In this document: positions 24,301 to 36,455 of the stretch, piece after piece
How the letters are laid out: each line of letters begins with the position of its first letter
How positions within the stretch are numbered: the first letter of the stretch is position 1
Assembly (NCBI RefSeq): GCF_033153115.1
Contig: NW_026889761.1
Location: forward strand, 5,332,001-5,396,000
Source: Saccostrea echinata
Taxonomy: Eukaryota
Length of the DNA: 64,000 nt
Direction: 5' to 3'
Notes under the pieces: model-generated
Told to the model about the DNA's origin: nothing
Seen by the model: only the letters and a program-made list of their open reading frames with translations
Database searches by the model: none
Made by a program: the position numbers and the translations under genes

Positions 24301-27300
24301 ATCAAAGTTAAAATTTGATGTTATATGCATAATACCTGTAGAAAACATTATGATTGATAAAGACATTTTCCTGTCTGCCAGCAATACCCATTCAATAACA
24401 GCTAATCAAAGAACAGTAACTCTGACAGGAAACCAAACTCATCAGACCTCTCCAAGTCATGCACAGATTTTCCAAAACAGACCCAATTTCTGAAACATGT
24501 AAACTCCTCAAAATAACAAACAACAAACTTACGACTGGCCCAGTAGATATTGTCGGACTTTTAATCTCTGATCATCGGTGTGCTGGTGACATTTCTGAGA
24601 TCTGAAATAATTATTTTACCTGTGTATAAATCACATAAAAATACAGTTACTGGTGTACCAATTCTTTACAGGGCTTCCAATAATTTTGAAGTGAAAAGAT
24701 GAATTTATTCATTTGAAGAGGCTGTTTAAGAATTATTTCGAATAGATTAATTTGCCAATGATGAAATCATTGAAACAGTGAAAAATTGCCTCTTGTCTGG
24801 AGTTATGCTCAGGACACGATGTAGTTACGATATCGACAGCTTACTTTTTTATAGTTTGCTATAATATTTCTCTATTCTTGTGTGTATAACAGAATACTTT
24901 CTGTTTTAAGAAGTTTTCCTTACTGATAATATCCACAATATCATACCGATATCGAATCATGATTGTTCAAAAGATTATGGTTTCCACCCTTAATATTGTG
25001 TTTTTTAACGTGTGAGTTACTTGAAAACTATCACTTCTAAAACTTTCCCTGTAGTGTCGATATCAACGATATCACTTCGATATCGAATCTTAATTGCTCA
25101 ACCCTTGGTACATGTAAGTACCGTCCCTATTAATGTGTATGTGTGTCTATGTTTAATAATTTTACCTTCATGAAGATTGTACTTGCCATTGATATCGTTG
25201 ATATCAACAACATCGTATCAATATCGAATCATGTTTATTAAAAACATAATGCTTTACAAACTTTAACCCTAACACAAAACCTTACTTTTAACCTAACCTA
25301 AAACAATAACTGCTGTAATTCTTAATCCAATACTAGTGCATATGTACTTTCTGATTAATAAGTTGACCCTTTTAACCTAACCTAAAACAATAACTGCTGT
25401 AATTCTTAATCCAATACTAGCGCATATGTACTTTCTGAGTAATAAGTTGACCCTACTGTCGATATCGTGTCGATATCAAATCATGATTGTTAAAAACATA
25501 TTTACCAACTTTCATCTTTCATCAATATCGACATCGATTGTGGCCTTGTAAAATTATGGTATACCTCATTTTGAAAATGAATTGTATACGATATCATCAT
25601 GGTATTCTCAATATTGACGACATCGACATAGCACCAAGTCTCAAATATATGGTATCAAGTATTTCCAATTAATAGTACTGATCAGGATTGATATCGATAC
25701 GATACTGACATAATAATGTCAATATCGTCCATATCAACATCGAATTCGTTCTTGGATATGTATGCATGTCTGCCTTTATTGAATGTCCTGCTTAACATGT
25801 GTAACTGATTTTCTTCACATTCCTATACAGCTAGCCTAAGATTTTTTCATTTATTTCACAGCTTTATGTACTTAGCACAGAAAATTTATTCTCGTCATAT
25901 ACATTAACGTCTATGTAAACAGGAATCTACTTGTAAGGGTAAGGATAGGAACATTATTTATAGGATAATCATCAGCATTCTAAATTTAAATGGTGTTAAA
26001 AAAACCTGCTTACTTGGCACACATTTTCTTTGTGTGTTCTGATATCACTCCACATGTCTGTGAAAAATAAACAATGGTTAATTAATTAATTAATTAAGCA
26101 CTCAGTATATAAATCTTCATGTTTTGGATTTTGTCCAGTAATTCTTTGAAAGATCCTGTGTAATAAAATCAATGCAAAATTACTTCTAATGAAGAATGAT
26201 TCAAGATATTTACAAAGATTGTCCACTTACATTAAATAAAATCTGTTTCCTTTCTTCTACAATAAGATAAAATGCAACATTAAACCAAATGAAACCAAAG
26301 GAATTAGATCTCAATCTGTTAACGATCACCAATGATCAGTTCCATATAACACTGATGAGACACTGAAGTGTCAGACAGGTATGTTATGATAATGCAGCAG
26401 AGTTTCGCAGGTGAGGGGAATACTTTGAGACAGGTATGTTATGATAATGCAGTGTTTCCTAGGTGAGGGGAATACCTTGGGACAGGTATATTATGATAAT
26501 GCAGTGTTTCCTAGGTGAGGGGGATACCTTGAGAAAGGTGTGTTATGATAATGCAGTGTTTCCTTGGTGAGGGGGATACCTTGAGACAGGTGTGTTATGA
26601 TAATGCAGTGTTTCCTAGGTGAGGGGGATACCTTGGGACAGGTGTTCGTAGTTCAGACCAGGCTCAGGTGTAGCAGATCTGTCAGAACTGGAGTCCCCTG
26701 TCAATCAAATAAAATCATCTTGTAGATTATTGTACAAAATGAGTTACTAGGATGGTCTCTTACATGTAATGTTTGTAATCAGAAGATGATTCTAAGGTAC
26801 AGTACACCTATATATACAACATCCAGAATGTGTATTTATCTACAGCAGTAGCATTACTTTTATTTTTTTTCCTGACTTACCATTTCTGTGAAATCTGTTA
26901 AATTTGTTTCTTCGTGGGGAATGAGTGCTTTTATCCTTTTTTAATTTTTTTACTGTGGAAAAAAAATCAATGTTTTAAATCAAAGTTTTTGAAAATAAGA
27001 AATAGAAACCTTACAAGAGACACAACAAAATTATTAAAATGTGTTGATAACTAAAGTCAGGGGCTGACAAATCCCATTGCCCGACGCCCGGGGCTAGTGA
27101 ATTTTAGGAGAGGGCAAGTGAAATTTTATCAACCACTTGCCTGTGGGCAAGTGACTTTTAAAAAATAAAATAAATATTTAAGTCACAGATTTAATTTTGG
27201 GCACAGAGGATTGCATGTTCTACTCAGTATTTTTCTTGCTATTTTGTGACATATATATAAATACAGTATTAGTCTATGATTGGGCAAGCAAAAATTCAGG

Positions 27301-30300
27301 TAGGGCAAGTGAATTTTCACCATACACTTGCCCTTGGACAAGTGCCTAAAAAATCTATTTGTCAGCCCCTGCTAAAGTTGATCCCAAATAAAGCTCAGTT
27401 AATGATGATACTGACTCTTTCTGTCGACATGATAACTCCAGTCTAGATCATTATCATCATCAGCACTATCATCTCCCAACACTGACATCCGACTGAAAAA
27501 AAAAAATTTACTTATTAAAAAAAAATAAAAAGGATCAGAGCCCTATAAAGCAAGCCAAACAGCTTCTGGTGATATTTCAAATCTATAATACATACTACAA
27601 CATTTGAAATTACTTTTACTTTACAGATAAGTTGATAATACATGTATGTAGGCTACATGTTTTGGGTACAAACCTTGATTCATTCTCCTTAGCCATGGCA
27701 GCCTGGCGCCGATTGGCAATACGAGAGCTATTTCTTCCCATCCCCATGCACTTCTCTAAGTGGGGGGCAAAGCGGGAGGCAGCCAGATTTCTTTGACAGT
27801 TAGGACACACGCACTCAAATTGTTTCTTTGTTGGCACATGTCCAAATACGTCCACACCTGGTCGATCCACCAATTCTGTGTCAGAATAAAAAAAATAGGT
27901 CTGTATAAACAATTATTCTATAGTCTCTCTCTCTCTTTTTCACATTTCTGGAATTTGACAATCTGGAAGATGTAAAATTAAATTTAAGGAGCCTCAGAAC
28001 TTTTGAGAAATGAACAGATAAGAACCATAACTCTACAAAATACCAATAAAACCCTGGTTGGAATCAATATTACATAAGAGTGCAGGGTTTGACACTAAGG
28101 CACATCCGACCAACCCAGTCTAGTAAATGAGTGGTCCGGTCGTGTAAAATGTTCGTGAACTAGACCGACTGGTCGTGTGTATGAAATAAATGATAACCCT
28201 CATTTCAGTCTTTCAAATAAATATTCTACAAAGTTTTTTTTAATTTTTATTATTTTTTAAAATTCTTACTTGTCTGAAAGTAAACATCACCCATCGCTCT
28301 GTAAAAGAAAACTCCCCCCTCATGACACAATTGCTATTTTTAGCCCGGCTGTAATAGACAAGTTGCGATGGGAACTAACTTCGTTCAGTATTTAAAATTA
28401 GTATGAAGTTATTGAATGATATATTCTTTAATTCACAATGTATTTATATTTAGGATAATTATTTTTATACTAAGTTCATTGATTGTTCCCTAATTAAGGC
28501 TTATAATATTTGTGTGTCACACTTAACCCAACTTAATCAGGCTAGTGACCTATGGAAGAGTCTGTCAATATATATCTTAACAGGTGCAAGAGACGGTATC
28601 TTTATTGAAGTATGGTTTAGAAACTTTTTTCCATTATAATTAGCAGTTTACAAAAAGTGGATTTAAGTTTGGTCAGGGCTAGTGATTTTATGGTCAGGGC
28701 TAGTAAAAATTATTGGAAGTTGCCCGACTGGTCTAGTACCCTAATGTAGATTTTCCGTAAGATCCGTGGAATTCCATAACAAATTCCGTGGAATTCCATG
28801 GAAAAAGTGTTCCATGGAATTCCAAGGAATTCTCGAGAGTATTGGGACAGAACTTTTTCGGAATGGTATGGAATTTCAAATCTAGCCTGGAAAAGAGCGG
28901 AACAATGCCAGAATAGAAATTTGCGGAAATAGCTGGAAATCCATGGAATTCCAGGATATTTGGAAATCTATGGAATTCCACGGAAATCCAAGGAATTCCA
29001 GGAAAATACAAAAAACTGGAATAATCAAAATAATTTAAGGGCCAAATAATTACAACAAAAATGATAACATCACAATTTTTCATAAATCAAGTCTATATTT
29101 TCAAAATAAAAAAATTATTTTTGCTGTACAATATGTTTGGGGACAAATATTGCATACACACTTCTATGTATAATGTAAGCACAAATTTTAAAAAGTATTA
29201 TCACTGAAAGTATTTTTACATCAAAGGTTATTTAAACAATGTTAAAAATCCACAGAAAAATATCATTACTGGATGATCACCTTGGTTTAATTAATGAGAA
29301 TTATTATAATATACATGCATGTACATGTAGTAAATTACAGTCTGCATGAGAAACAAATGACTTTTGGTTAAAGAAAATCCTTTGTACCTAATCTCAAACA
29401 TATGACATTTTTTTGATAATAAAACAAAATAGATTTTAAAAAAACCCATTAATTATGACCTTTTGCTTCATTAAATGACCTTGGGAAAGGTCACTAAAGC
29501 CTTAACAGGGTATATTTGCAACATTTGTATACAGTTACAATGATCTTCCAGTGGTCCATATACATTTACCATACAAAGTTAATGACTAGAGTGACAAACA
29601 TAGGTATTAAGTACACAAATATCTACTACACAACTATATTTGGAAGATCCCATAAAATCAACACATGCTATTTTTTCCCCCAACATGCCCCAAGATCCTA
29701 CTTCTGAAGTGTTGGCTAGAATCACTTCCTCACTGGTTCTGTTAGAGGGTGGTCAGATAATTGGTGTCATGAATGGATTCACTTTTGGTACGACGGCTTC
29801 AAAAGCTCAGCAAGTTTGATGTTGATCATTCCCACACTTCAAACTTTTCTTGCTCAATTTCTGAAAGAAAAGATTACCATAAAGATGTATGATATCTACA
29901 AATTGTTGATATCCATTGGAAGGCCTTCTCACAAGGAAACACCTAATGAAGTATGAAAGCCAAACCTGAATCCCCTTCACTCAAGGATGTTTTGTGACAA
30001 GTTTGGTTGATCCTATGGTTCTGAGAAGTCAAAAATGTAACACCAAACACTGATCAGAAAACTCACTTGAGCCTTGAGCTCAGGTGAGCTAAAAAGAAAA
30101 GGTTAGAACTTAAGTGTATAAATAAAGAGACATGATTGTGTCTAAGTTAATTAACCTTGAATATGAGAGAGAACATTGTAAATTACATAAACTATGTACT
30201 GTTAAAAACATTCAGCAAATAAAGTTAAGGTATGAAAAAAAGTACATGCACATTAGTAAATATAATTTATATACCATATAAAACATTCAGTTTTGCCTTG

Positions 30301-33300
30301 TCAATGGGTCGTCTTTTGTCTCTTAAGCTTCTGATTAAAAGCACCCTGAACAGGAGTTTGGACGCCTATGCTGCCTTTGATATATTATCCTCCATATTTG
30401 CAAAATCTGTTAACTGACCCTTGAAAAGAGGAAAAGACAAATTTATATGCATATGCAGTTGCTTTAAATGCATATTGGCATATTTACAATGTAACAAAAA
30501 TATAGACAAAGCAAATAACATAAAGTGAATATATAGAATACATTTGTTCTACTGGCTTCAAACATGCAAATACATGTACATATTTTTTTTTGAAAAATTA
30601 AGGAAATATTAAATAAACTGTTATAAATACATGTAACTTCCATGCATCAACAATTCAGTATTGAAATTAAAAAAATATTTGAAAGAGTGATGTCTAATGT
30701 TTATAATAACTGGCTAACATTGATAAACACATAATTTCAATTCTTTTGATTTTATTGATTAGGAAAATGATTAAAAAATCTGACCTTTGTGTAAATTTCC
30801 ATACAGCTCTGAGCTCTTGTCCTTTTTGTGAGCATTCCTGTAAATAATGCATGCATAATTTTATGTCATAGAGTATAGTCATTTTTAATATTTCAGGGAT
30901 AGACATTTAACTTTCAGATTCACTTGCCGTTTGGGCAAGTGATCTCAAACTTTGACTTGTCCAAATGCAAAACTTGGTTGCCCACAATTAGGAAAGAATT
31001 TAAGAAGAAAATTATTAATAACTGTAAACATTATGATAAGAAAAAAAAAGAGGCTGCCAACATTGAGCATGGAAGAGAATTCCATAATATCACTGCATGG
31101 GGGGGGGGGGGGGGGGGAGCTTTATTTAAATTATCTGTGCAAGCACTAAAGGTGTGAAAGTAATGAAGTCTTGAAATGCCTTTGTTGGTGGTAGTCTGTG
31201 AAACTAAATAGAGGCTTGGGTCTACCGCAACTAAGCTGTGCACAACTTTATATCATATTGAGCATTATTAGTCTACCACGTTTCTTCTGCCTTGTAAACA
31301 TGGTAAAAATTGCCAATTTAGATGTTGCATCATGTTGGAGACATTAATAGTGTTATGATGTGTGTGTACGATGTAACATGGACTGTGGTGGCGCAATTGG
31401 CAACGTGCCACTCGCATATACAGCGAGGTCTAAGGCATGTACGAACGGGAGGAAATTCGGGTTGAAATCCACACATTGTTCAAACATATTTTGATAAGCG
31501 ATGTTTAGAGTTGTACTGACTTGTACAATAATTATTACAGAAATGAAACTGCGCTCGCCCTAATGGTTTCACCGTCGGGCATTCTATGTGTGTGGTGCCC
31601 AGACTGAGGAACAGTAGCAGAAGCAATTATCCATTCAACTTCAAGGACACATAAAATACTGTACATTGTACCTACCGGGTCTTAAAATGTCTGCATCTTT
31701 TGTCAAAGTACAAATTCCATTCCAAGCTAATGATGACAGCAGTTCCCTTCTTCGTGACACTCTCTTTTCTTCTGTCCAACAATACAACATGGCAGCCGAA
31801 TTGTTGAATTTTGGCGGGCTGTTGTTTAAATTAATTGTTCATCGAGCCCGACATCGATCCCGACGTAATTGTACTATGAGCCGACAGTTTAAGAAAAAAT
31901 TCTAAGTTATTTTCCACAGCTTTCAAGAGCAGAAAATGTCTAAGTTTATCATTTTATCAGCTTTTCCATAGATTTCCACAACTTTCCAAGCCTCAAAATG
32001 TCTAAGTCCAAATTTTTTATTCAAATTCCAAAAGATTCCAAAAACTTCCAAAAACACTTTTAGACTCTTGTATGGAAATGTTTGGAATTCCATGGAATTC
32101 CAAAACTTTTCCAAACCCTTTGGAAAATCTACATTAGGGTACTCATAAAAGTTAATGTCAAACCCTGGAGTGTGCTACTATTGCCCAAGAGGAACACTGG
32201 ATTCTTTACCATGTAGCAAGGGAAATTATGTTTGTAAGTCTGCTAATAAGTAATTTGAGTCATAAAGTAATTACTTACCATGCTCTCTTTGTGACCTGAA
32301 AATTCAAGAAAACAAAATTTATAATGCTTAAAAATAATGATTTAATAATATTCATAGGATTTCTAAAGACATACATCTAGCAGGTAAAGTACATATCATT
32401 ACCACAAGATGTGCACATTGTGCTCATTCTTTGCTTATCAAAGCAACAAAAACATGGAAGATCTGTAATTTTATAACAAAGATTTTTTATTCGATTCAAC
32501 TTGACAACTTACTTGGGATCGGTATCGCCAAGGAAAAGTGTGCCATGTTTACAGGCTCGATGAACTTCAAAACACAGCCCCAGTGTGACATCATCGATCA
32601 ACTCGTACATAACATCTGACGCCAACGTCTACAAATCGACAGTTATCAAACTTTCAAAAATGAGGTACTAGTAGATACCATCATGACTCCCAAAAAACAA
32701 AACATTATATTAAAAACCCAGGTAACGCAATCATGGCAATTTGAAGATTTGCCAGCAAAACAGTCAACCTGCAGATAATGCATGGGATTCATTAGTGAGT
32801 TGTTGAATGTTAATGAAATCAAAACACTGTTTTGTTATATGGAATACAAATCAATAAAATAATTATTGATTGTGTTTTGGGGCAACACTGATTATGTTAT
32901 GATTATGCCCCCTCAGGACAAAAATATTGCCCTCCACTCCGCGTCAGGCAATATTTCATCCTATGGGGGCCAACATAATCAATGTTACCCTCAACATGCT
33001 CAACCCCAGTCAATATCTGCATAATATGAAACTTTACAATTTAGCTTAATGTTGACTCTATTAATAATTAACTTCTTTCTTGTCTTTTTTATCTTCATGC
33101 ATGTATATGCATGTAATTACCCATGCGCACCTCATAGTCAAAAACAGACCTGCACCCTGCAACACGCTCAAACTCTGACTAGGCCCTATATATATTAGTA
33201 CCCCCTCCACCCCACCCCACCCCCCCCTTTTCAGATTTCTCAGCAACACACATCATGGAATACTGATCTTATAAGAATCAGATCCAATTAAAAAATTAAA

Positions 33301-33379
33301 GGAAAAAGAACTGTCTTGTATAAGGTACAACCTCATAGTCTAGATCACCGTTCAGGTGACTGAATGGTAGCGAATCCAT
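15349..33379 (-). CDS. ATXN7L3: Ataxin-7-like protein 3 / SAGA deubiquitinase-module subunit Sgf11 (325 aa, 12 coding exons)
   Basis: Phase-consistent exons: 33332-33379, 32513-32628, 32279-32295, 27674-27875, 27416-27492, 26881-26952, 26632-26697, 26231-26256, 26014-26057, 24533-24601, 20827-20963, 15349-15452 (978 nt). Motifs: LGLCFEVHR, Sgf11 zinc finger [39 protein letters not shown]7 domain [27 protein letters not shown]. Confidence 0.93.
15591..19020. mobile_element. Composite nest bounded by an inverted pair of tRNA-like ~115-bp repeats
   Basis: 15591-15710 aligns with the reverse complement of 18905-19020. The left arm read on the minus strand has A-box-like TGGCTCAGTGGTTAGAG. Further repeats are nested inside. 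Confidence 0.5.
16788..18784. mobile_element. Non-autonomous Helentron-like element, with a second one nested at ~16929-17811
   Basis: Starts AACTAGAACTGTCC; ends with (GACG/GACA)n and the hairpin TATACCCCCCCTAAACTTCGTTTGCGGGGGGTATA; internal tandem units at ~18410-18700. The nested copy starts with the hairpin TTTTTATACGTCCGTCTTACGACGGGACGTAT. Confidence 0.6.
19072..19900. repeat. 28/25-bp minisatellite (~30 copies) in the last ATXN7L3 intron
   Basis: Unit ATTTATAGTAACAACAAACAAAGCCACC, with an interspersed 3-nt-shorter variant. Confidence 0.95.
19960..20790 (-). repeat. 41-bp minisatellite (~20 copies) related to the donor junction of ATXN7L3 exon 20827-20963
   Basis: Unit CTGACTGTTGATGGACTGTCCTGTTACATGTATTTGTAATA. 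Its TTTGTAATACTGACTGTTG matches the real junction TTTGTAATACTTACTGTTG at 18 of 19 positions. Confidence 0.92.
20922..21515 (-). repeat. 70-bp minisatellite (~7-8 copies) containing the acceptor and first ~40 nt of ATXN7L3 exon 20827-20963
   Basis: Unit ATCTCACAGACTGTCTATGTCTATAGGAATGTCTTCATCTACAGACACCCTAGACATAGAATACATTGTA. On the gene strand it reads ...tag|[15 protein letters not shown]. Confidence 0.93.
23480..23760. mobile_element. Degenerate SINE-like interspersed repeat; related copy at ~41415-41620
   Basis: Both copies share blocks AATTT(T)TCACTCA, TCGGCAC.T.TGGC..TTGA.CA.TGA and CCTCGGTTT...TCTCATCCAAAGG. B-box-like GGGATTCGAAC at ~23717. Confidence 0.5.
24815..25760. repeat. GATATCGA-rich degenerate repeat element with an internal 85-bp tandem duplication (~25286-25455)
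   Basis: Many GATATCG/CGATATC motifs; TTTTAACCTAACCTAAAACAATAACTGC...AAGTTGACCCT occurs twice. Confidence 0.55.
26373..26645 (-). repeat. 52-bp minisatellite (~5 copies) containing the donor of ATXN7L3 exon 26632-26697
   Basis: Unit GACAGGTGTGTTATGATAATGCAGTGTTTCCTAGGTGAGGGGGATACCTTGA. On the gene strand it reads CACCTGTCYCAAG|GTATCC. Confidence 0.92.
27058..27371. mobile_element. hAT-like MITE
   Basis: Perfect 15-bp TIR CAGGGGCTGACAAAT, flanked by CTAAAGT on both sides; subterminal GGGCAAGTGAA repeats. Confidence 0.85.
28739..32139. mobile_element. 3.4-kb non-autonomous DNA transposon (CCC termini, TA duplication; EnSpm/CACTA-like)
   Basis: Perfect TIR CCCTAATGTAGATTTTCC / GGAAAATCTACATTAGGG; TA on both sides; dense subterminal GGAATTCCA repeats at both ends. 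The superfamily assignment is inferred. Confidence 0.8.
29779..31790 (-). pseudogene. Decayed spliced BEN-domain-like gene carried inside the 3.4-kb transposon
   Basis: Exon-like blocks with AG/GT ends: ~31672-31790 ([12 protein letters not shown]...), 30275-30419 (...[10 protein letters not shown]...[14 protein letters not shown]), 29779-29860 (EIEQEKF, frameshift, [17 protein letters not shown]). The last two exons join in phase. Confidence 0.45.
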
Positions 33380-33384
33380 CAGCT

Positions 33385-33450
33385 GGATCCACAGGAAGTC
33401 ATCGACAAAGTTATGCGCATAACAATGCGCGCGTTGGGAAGCCAGGAGCG
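33385..33450 (-). promoter_or_regulatory. Putative ATXN7L3 core promoter / 5' UTR
   Basis: CpG-rich patch immediately upstream of the ATG, with ETS-like CAGGAAGT, palindrome TTATGCGCATAA and TGCGCGCG. Confidence 0.4.
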
Positions 33451-34411
33451 GATCTGATAATTTATTGACTAGATTCTTTAACGACGTAAAATTAGTCCCA
33501 ACCTGTCCCAGGTCCGTAGCAACGGTTTCAAGGAGGGGAGGGGGGGACTCCAAAAAAAAAAAAAATCTGACGAGCAAAAAGAAAAAAAAAAAGAAAAAAA
33601 AAAAAACCTAAACTGACCAAAACTGGAGGGGCCAACTTTCCAAAATTATCTAACAAGCAAAAAACAAACAAACAAACAAAAAACAAACAAACAAAAAAAC
33701 AAAAAAAAAACCACCTAATTTACTGTCCAAATCCTGCAATTTGACCTTACAACGGCAAAGTGGGGGGGGGGGGTGGGGGTGGGGTGGGGGGGGGCAACCA
33801 GTATCTAAAGGAAAATTTACTAAATCAAAATACTTTACTCAGAAAAAAAAGGGGGGGGGGCAAAATTAAAGTTGAAAAATGAAAGTACTGAAACACCGAA
33901 GCCGGCCTGCTACATTTAAATAGCATACATATTACGAATACATTTTAAAGGTTGAATTTTAAAAAAAGTAATAAATTAAAGAGACACGGTGAGGTAAAAC
34001 CGTCCTGAAAATTGGAAAAAAATGGAATTTTTGCATGGTCTTTGTAAATTTTAATAAATCAGACACACTGGGACTGGTATGACCTATGATATGGATTTTA
34101 CTACATGTATGTAATATCCTCTATATATAATCTCTTTTATGATTCTGTCGATTTATGATTTAAATATGACAGTTATTTCTATTAAAGGTTCAGATTATAG
34201 TAAATGAAAGGGACCTAAAAATTTCGAGATCAAAGTTGATAATGAATTTCTTTATTATGCTGCTTAGTGACTATTACTTATATTTAATTGACAACGGGTA
34301 TCCATCTTACTTTCCACATGGTATAAAATTGAATGCCATGACATAATTCATATTTAATGTGTCATGTGACGTGATGTGTATTTTCTGTTCAGGTCATCTG
34401 TTCTGTGTCAG

Positions 34412-34531
34412 ACTAGCTGCAGAACTGTAGCGTTATGGCTTTATAGTTTAGTCTTTGACCATAACTTGGTGGTCGAATTATGGTCAAAGACTAAAATATA
34501 AAACCAAAAACGCTACAGTTCTGCAGCTAGT
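34412..34531. mobile_element. 120-bp palindromic MITE-like element
   Basis: ACTAGCTGCAGAACTGTAGCGTT...TTTAGTCTTTGACCATAA / TTATGGTCAAAGACTAAA...AACGCTACAGTTCTGCAGCTAGT. Confidence 0.75.
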
Positions 34532-35489
34532 GTAAGACATGCAGCTGGTGTTGATGAATACAGTAGGCCAACAGCTTTCACAGTAGAATTGTCATAGGAC
34601 TGTTGGCGTTTATTCAGCACGGTCCGAGTGTATCAATTCATGTAATCACGAGAGAGCACTTTAAACCAGAATTATTTACATGTACAGAAAATGCTTGTTA
34701 CCAAATAAGTTTTTGAAACAAACCTTTGTACGTGCATTTAATAGAATACTTCTAAGATAATCATAAATACAAGTCATTTGATAAAGAGTTTGGGTTTGAC
34801 AAGCTGAAGTGAGACTCATTGAGATGCAATCTAAAGATATACATATACAAGTCGATAAAAAAGTTATCGACAAGTTTAAAAGAAGCAGTTTGTTTTCCCT
34901 AAACTTTGTTCAATACATTCCATATTTGGGAGAAAGGGGAGTGATATTCCGATCTTAGATAGTTTGGTTTGAATTTGACGAAATAAAAAATTTAAAGAAA
35001 TCAAATTACGCTTTATTGCTGAACTTGCAAAGTGTGCATTCCCCTTCTCCACTTCAAAATTACAATATATACAACCAATAAAGCATAAAAGAACTGGAAA
35101 AAACCCATCACCAATTCGAACATTTCAGCGATTTCATATGCATTTTGATTACAGAAAAAATTTTAAGCTTATAGGAATTTTTTAAAATTATGATTTAAAA
35201 AAACTAGATCTTGTCATTCTTTTATTAATCCATTTTTTAAAAGCATATTTACTGAAAAAGAAGCAAATTCAGAGGAATTTATGCCCCCTCCCCGCTTCAG
35301 GAAAAAAGAAGAGGGCGGAAGAACTAAAAAAAATATATATATGCAGATGGAGATCTAGAATTTAAGAAAAAAGACCAACCTTTACCTTTTAGTCTGTGGG
35401 CCTTCAAAGCAATAACGGTCAATTTATTTGTTAAAGAAATTCATGACCTTAAATTTCATTGCAAAAGCTTACAGACAACTAAATTTAAG

Positions 35490-36455
35490 CTATCACCTGA
35501 AATATATGTACCTGTATGAAATATATAAATTTCTGACCTTGATATTTGAGCTTTTTGACCTCAAAATCAAAAGGGTTTTTTTTAAAAATCATATTGACTA
35601 AACGTTCAAAATTCCATTGCAAAACTTAAAAACTTGCAAAACTTAAAAAAAAAAAACTGGAAACCAATTTACGCAATATATAAAATTCTGACCTTGACCT
35701 TTTGACCCAAAAATCATCAGGGATATTCTTTAAGTCATTTGAAGTTATGATATTAAATTTCACAGAAAAGTTTCAAAGAAAAACTAAAATCATCTGGAAA
35801 CCATTTTTTGCAATATATAAAATTTTGACCTTGACCTTTGACTTCTTGACCTCAAATCAATAGGGGTCTTCTCTAGGCCATAGTGAGTTGTGATTTAAAA
35901 TGTTATTGCAAAAGCTTTTTAAAATATCGTACCGAAACGAAAGTGTCACACAGACAGAATGTATGAGTTTCTGACCTTGACCTTTGACCTTCTCACCTCA
36001 AAATCAATAGTGGTCTTTCAAGGCCATAAGGAGTTTATGATATGACATTTCATAGGAAAAGCTCAAAGGCTTTTTAAGATATAGTCCGGAAACGAAAGTG
36101 TTATACTTTGAATTTCTGATCTTGACTTTTGACCCCAGAATCAATAGGTTTCTTTTTTAGGCAATAGGAAGATGTGATATAATATTTCATTGTAAAAACT
36201 AAACGCTTTTTTTTGAAATACCGTCCGGAAACGAAATTTAAATGTTACACTACAGGTATCTTATCCGCTCTGTTCTCCACTACATATATAAAAATTTTAT
36301 ATTTATTTTGTAGTATAGAGAACAGAGCGCGGATAAGATGCCCCTGTGGTTACACACAGACAGAATGACAGACAAACAGATGGATGGACGGGCAAACCCA
36401 AATTAATATTTCCGAGTATCTCCGATATACTTTCAGTGAAAGTGGGAGACAATAA
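35490..36455. mobile_element. Degenerate Helentron-like element with GACCTTGACCTTTGAC tandem units; contains a 98-bp hairpin MITE (36251-36348, GTTACAC duplication)
   Basis: Repeated TGACCTTGACCTTTGAC...CAAAATCAATAG units; terminal (GACA/GATG)n followed by a weak hairpin. Confidence 0.6.

Larger units (their letters stand above)
28083..32167. mobile_element. hAT-like MITE (~0.68 kb) split by a nested 3.4-kb element
   Basis: TIR CAGGGTTTGACA(C/T)TAA at both ends; GAGTG on both flanks; GGGCTAGT subterminal motifs. Confidence 0.75.

Noticed and set aside
31381-31475. tRNA-like A/B boxes (GTGGCGCAATTGG ... GGGTTGAAATCC)
   Set aside because: No cloverleaf and the box spacing is too long. At best a SINE head, not a tRNA gene.
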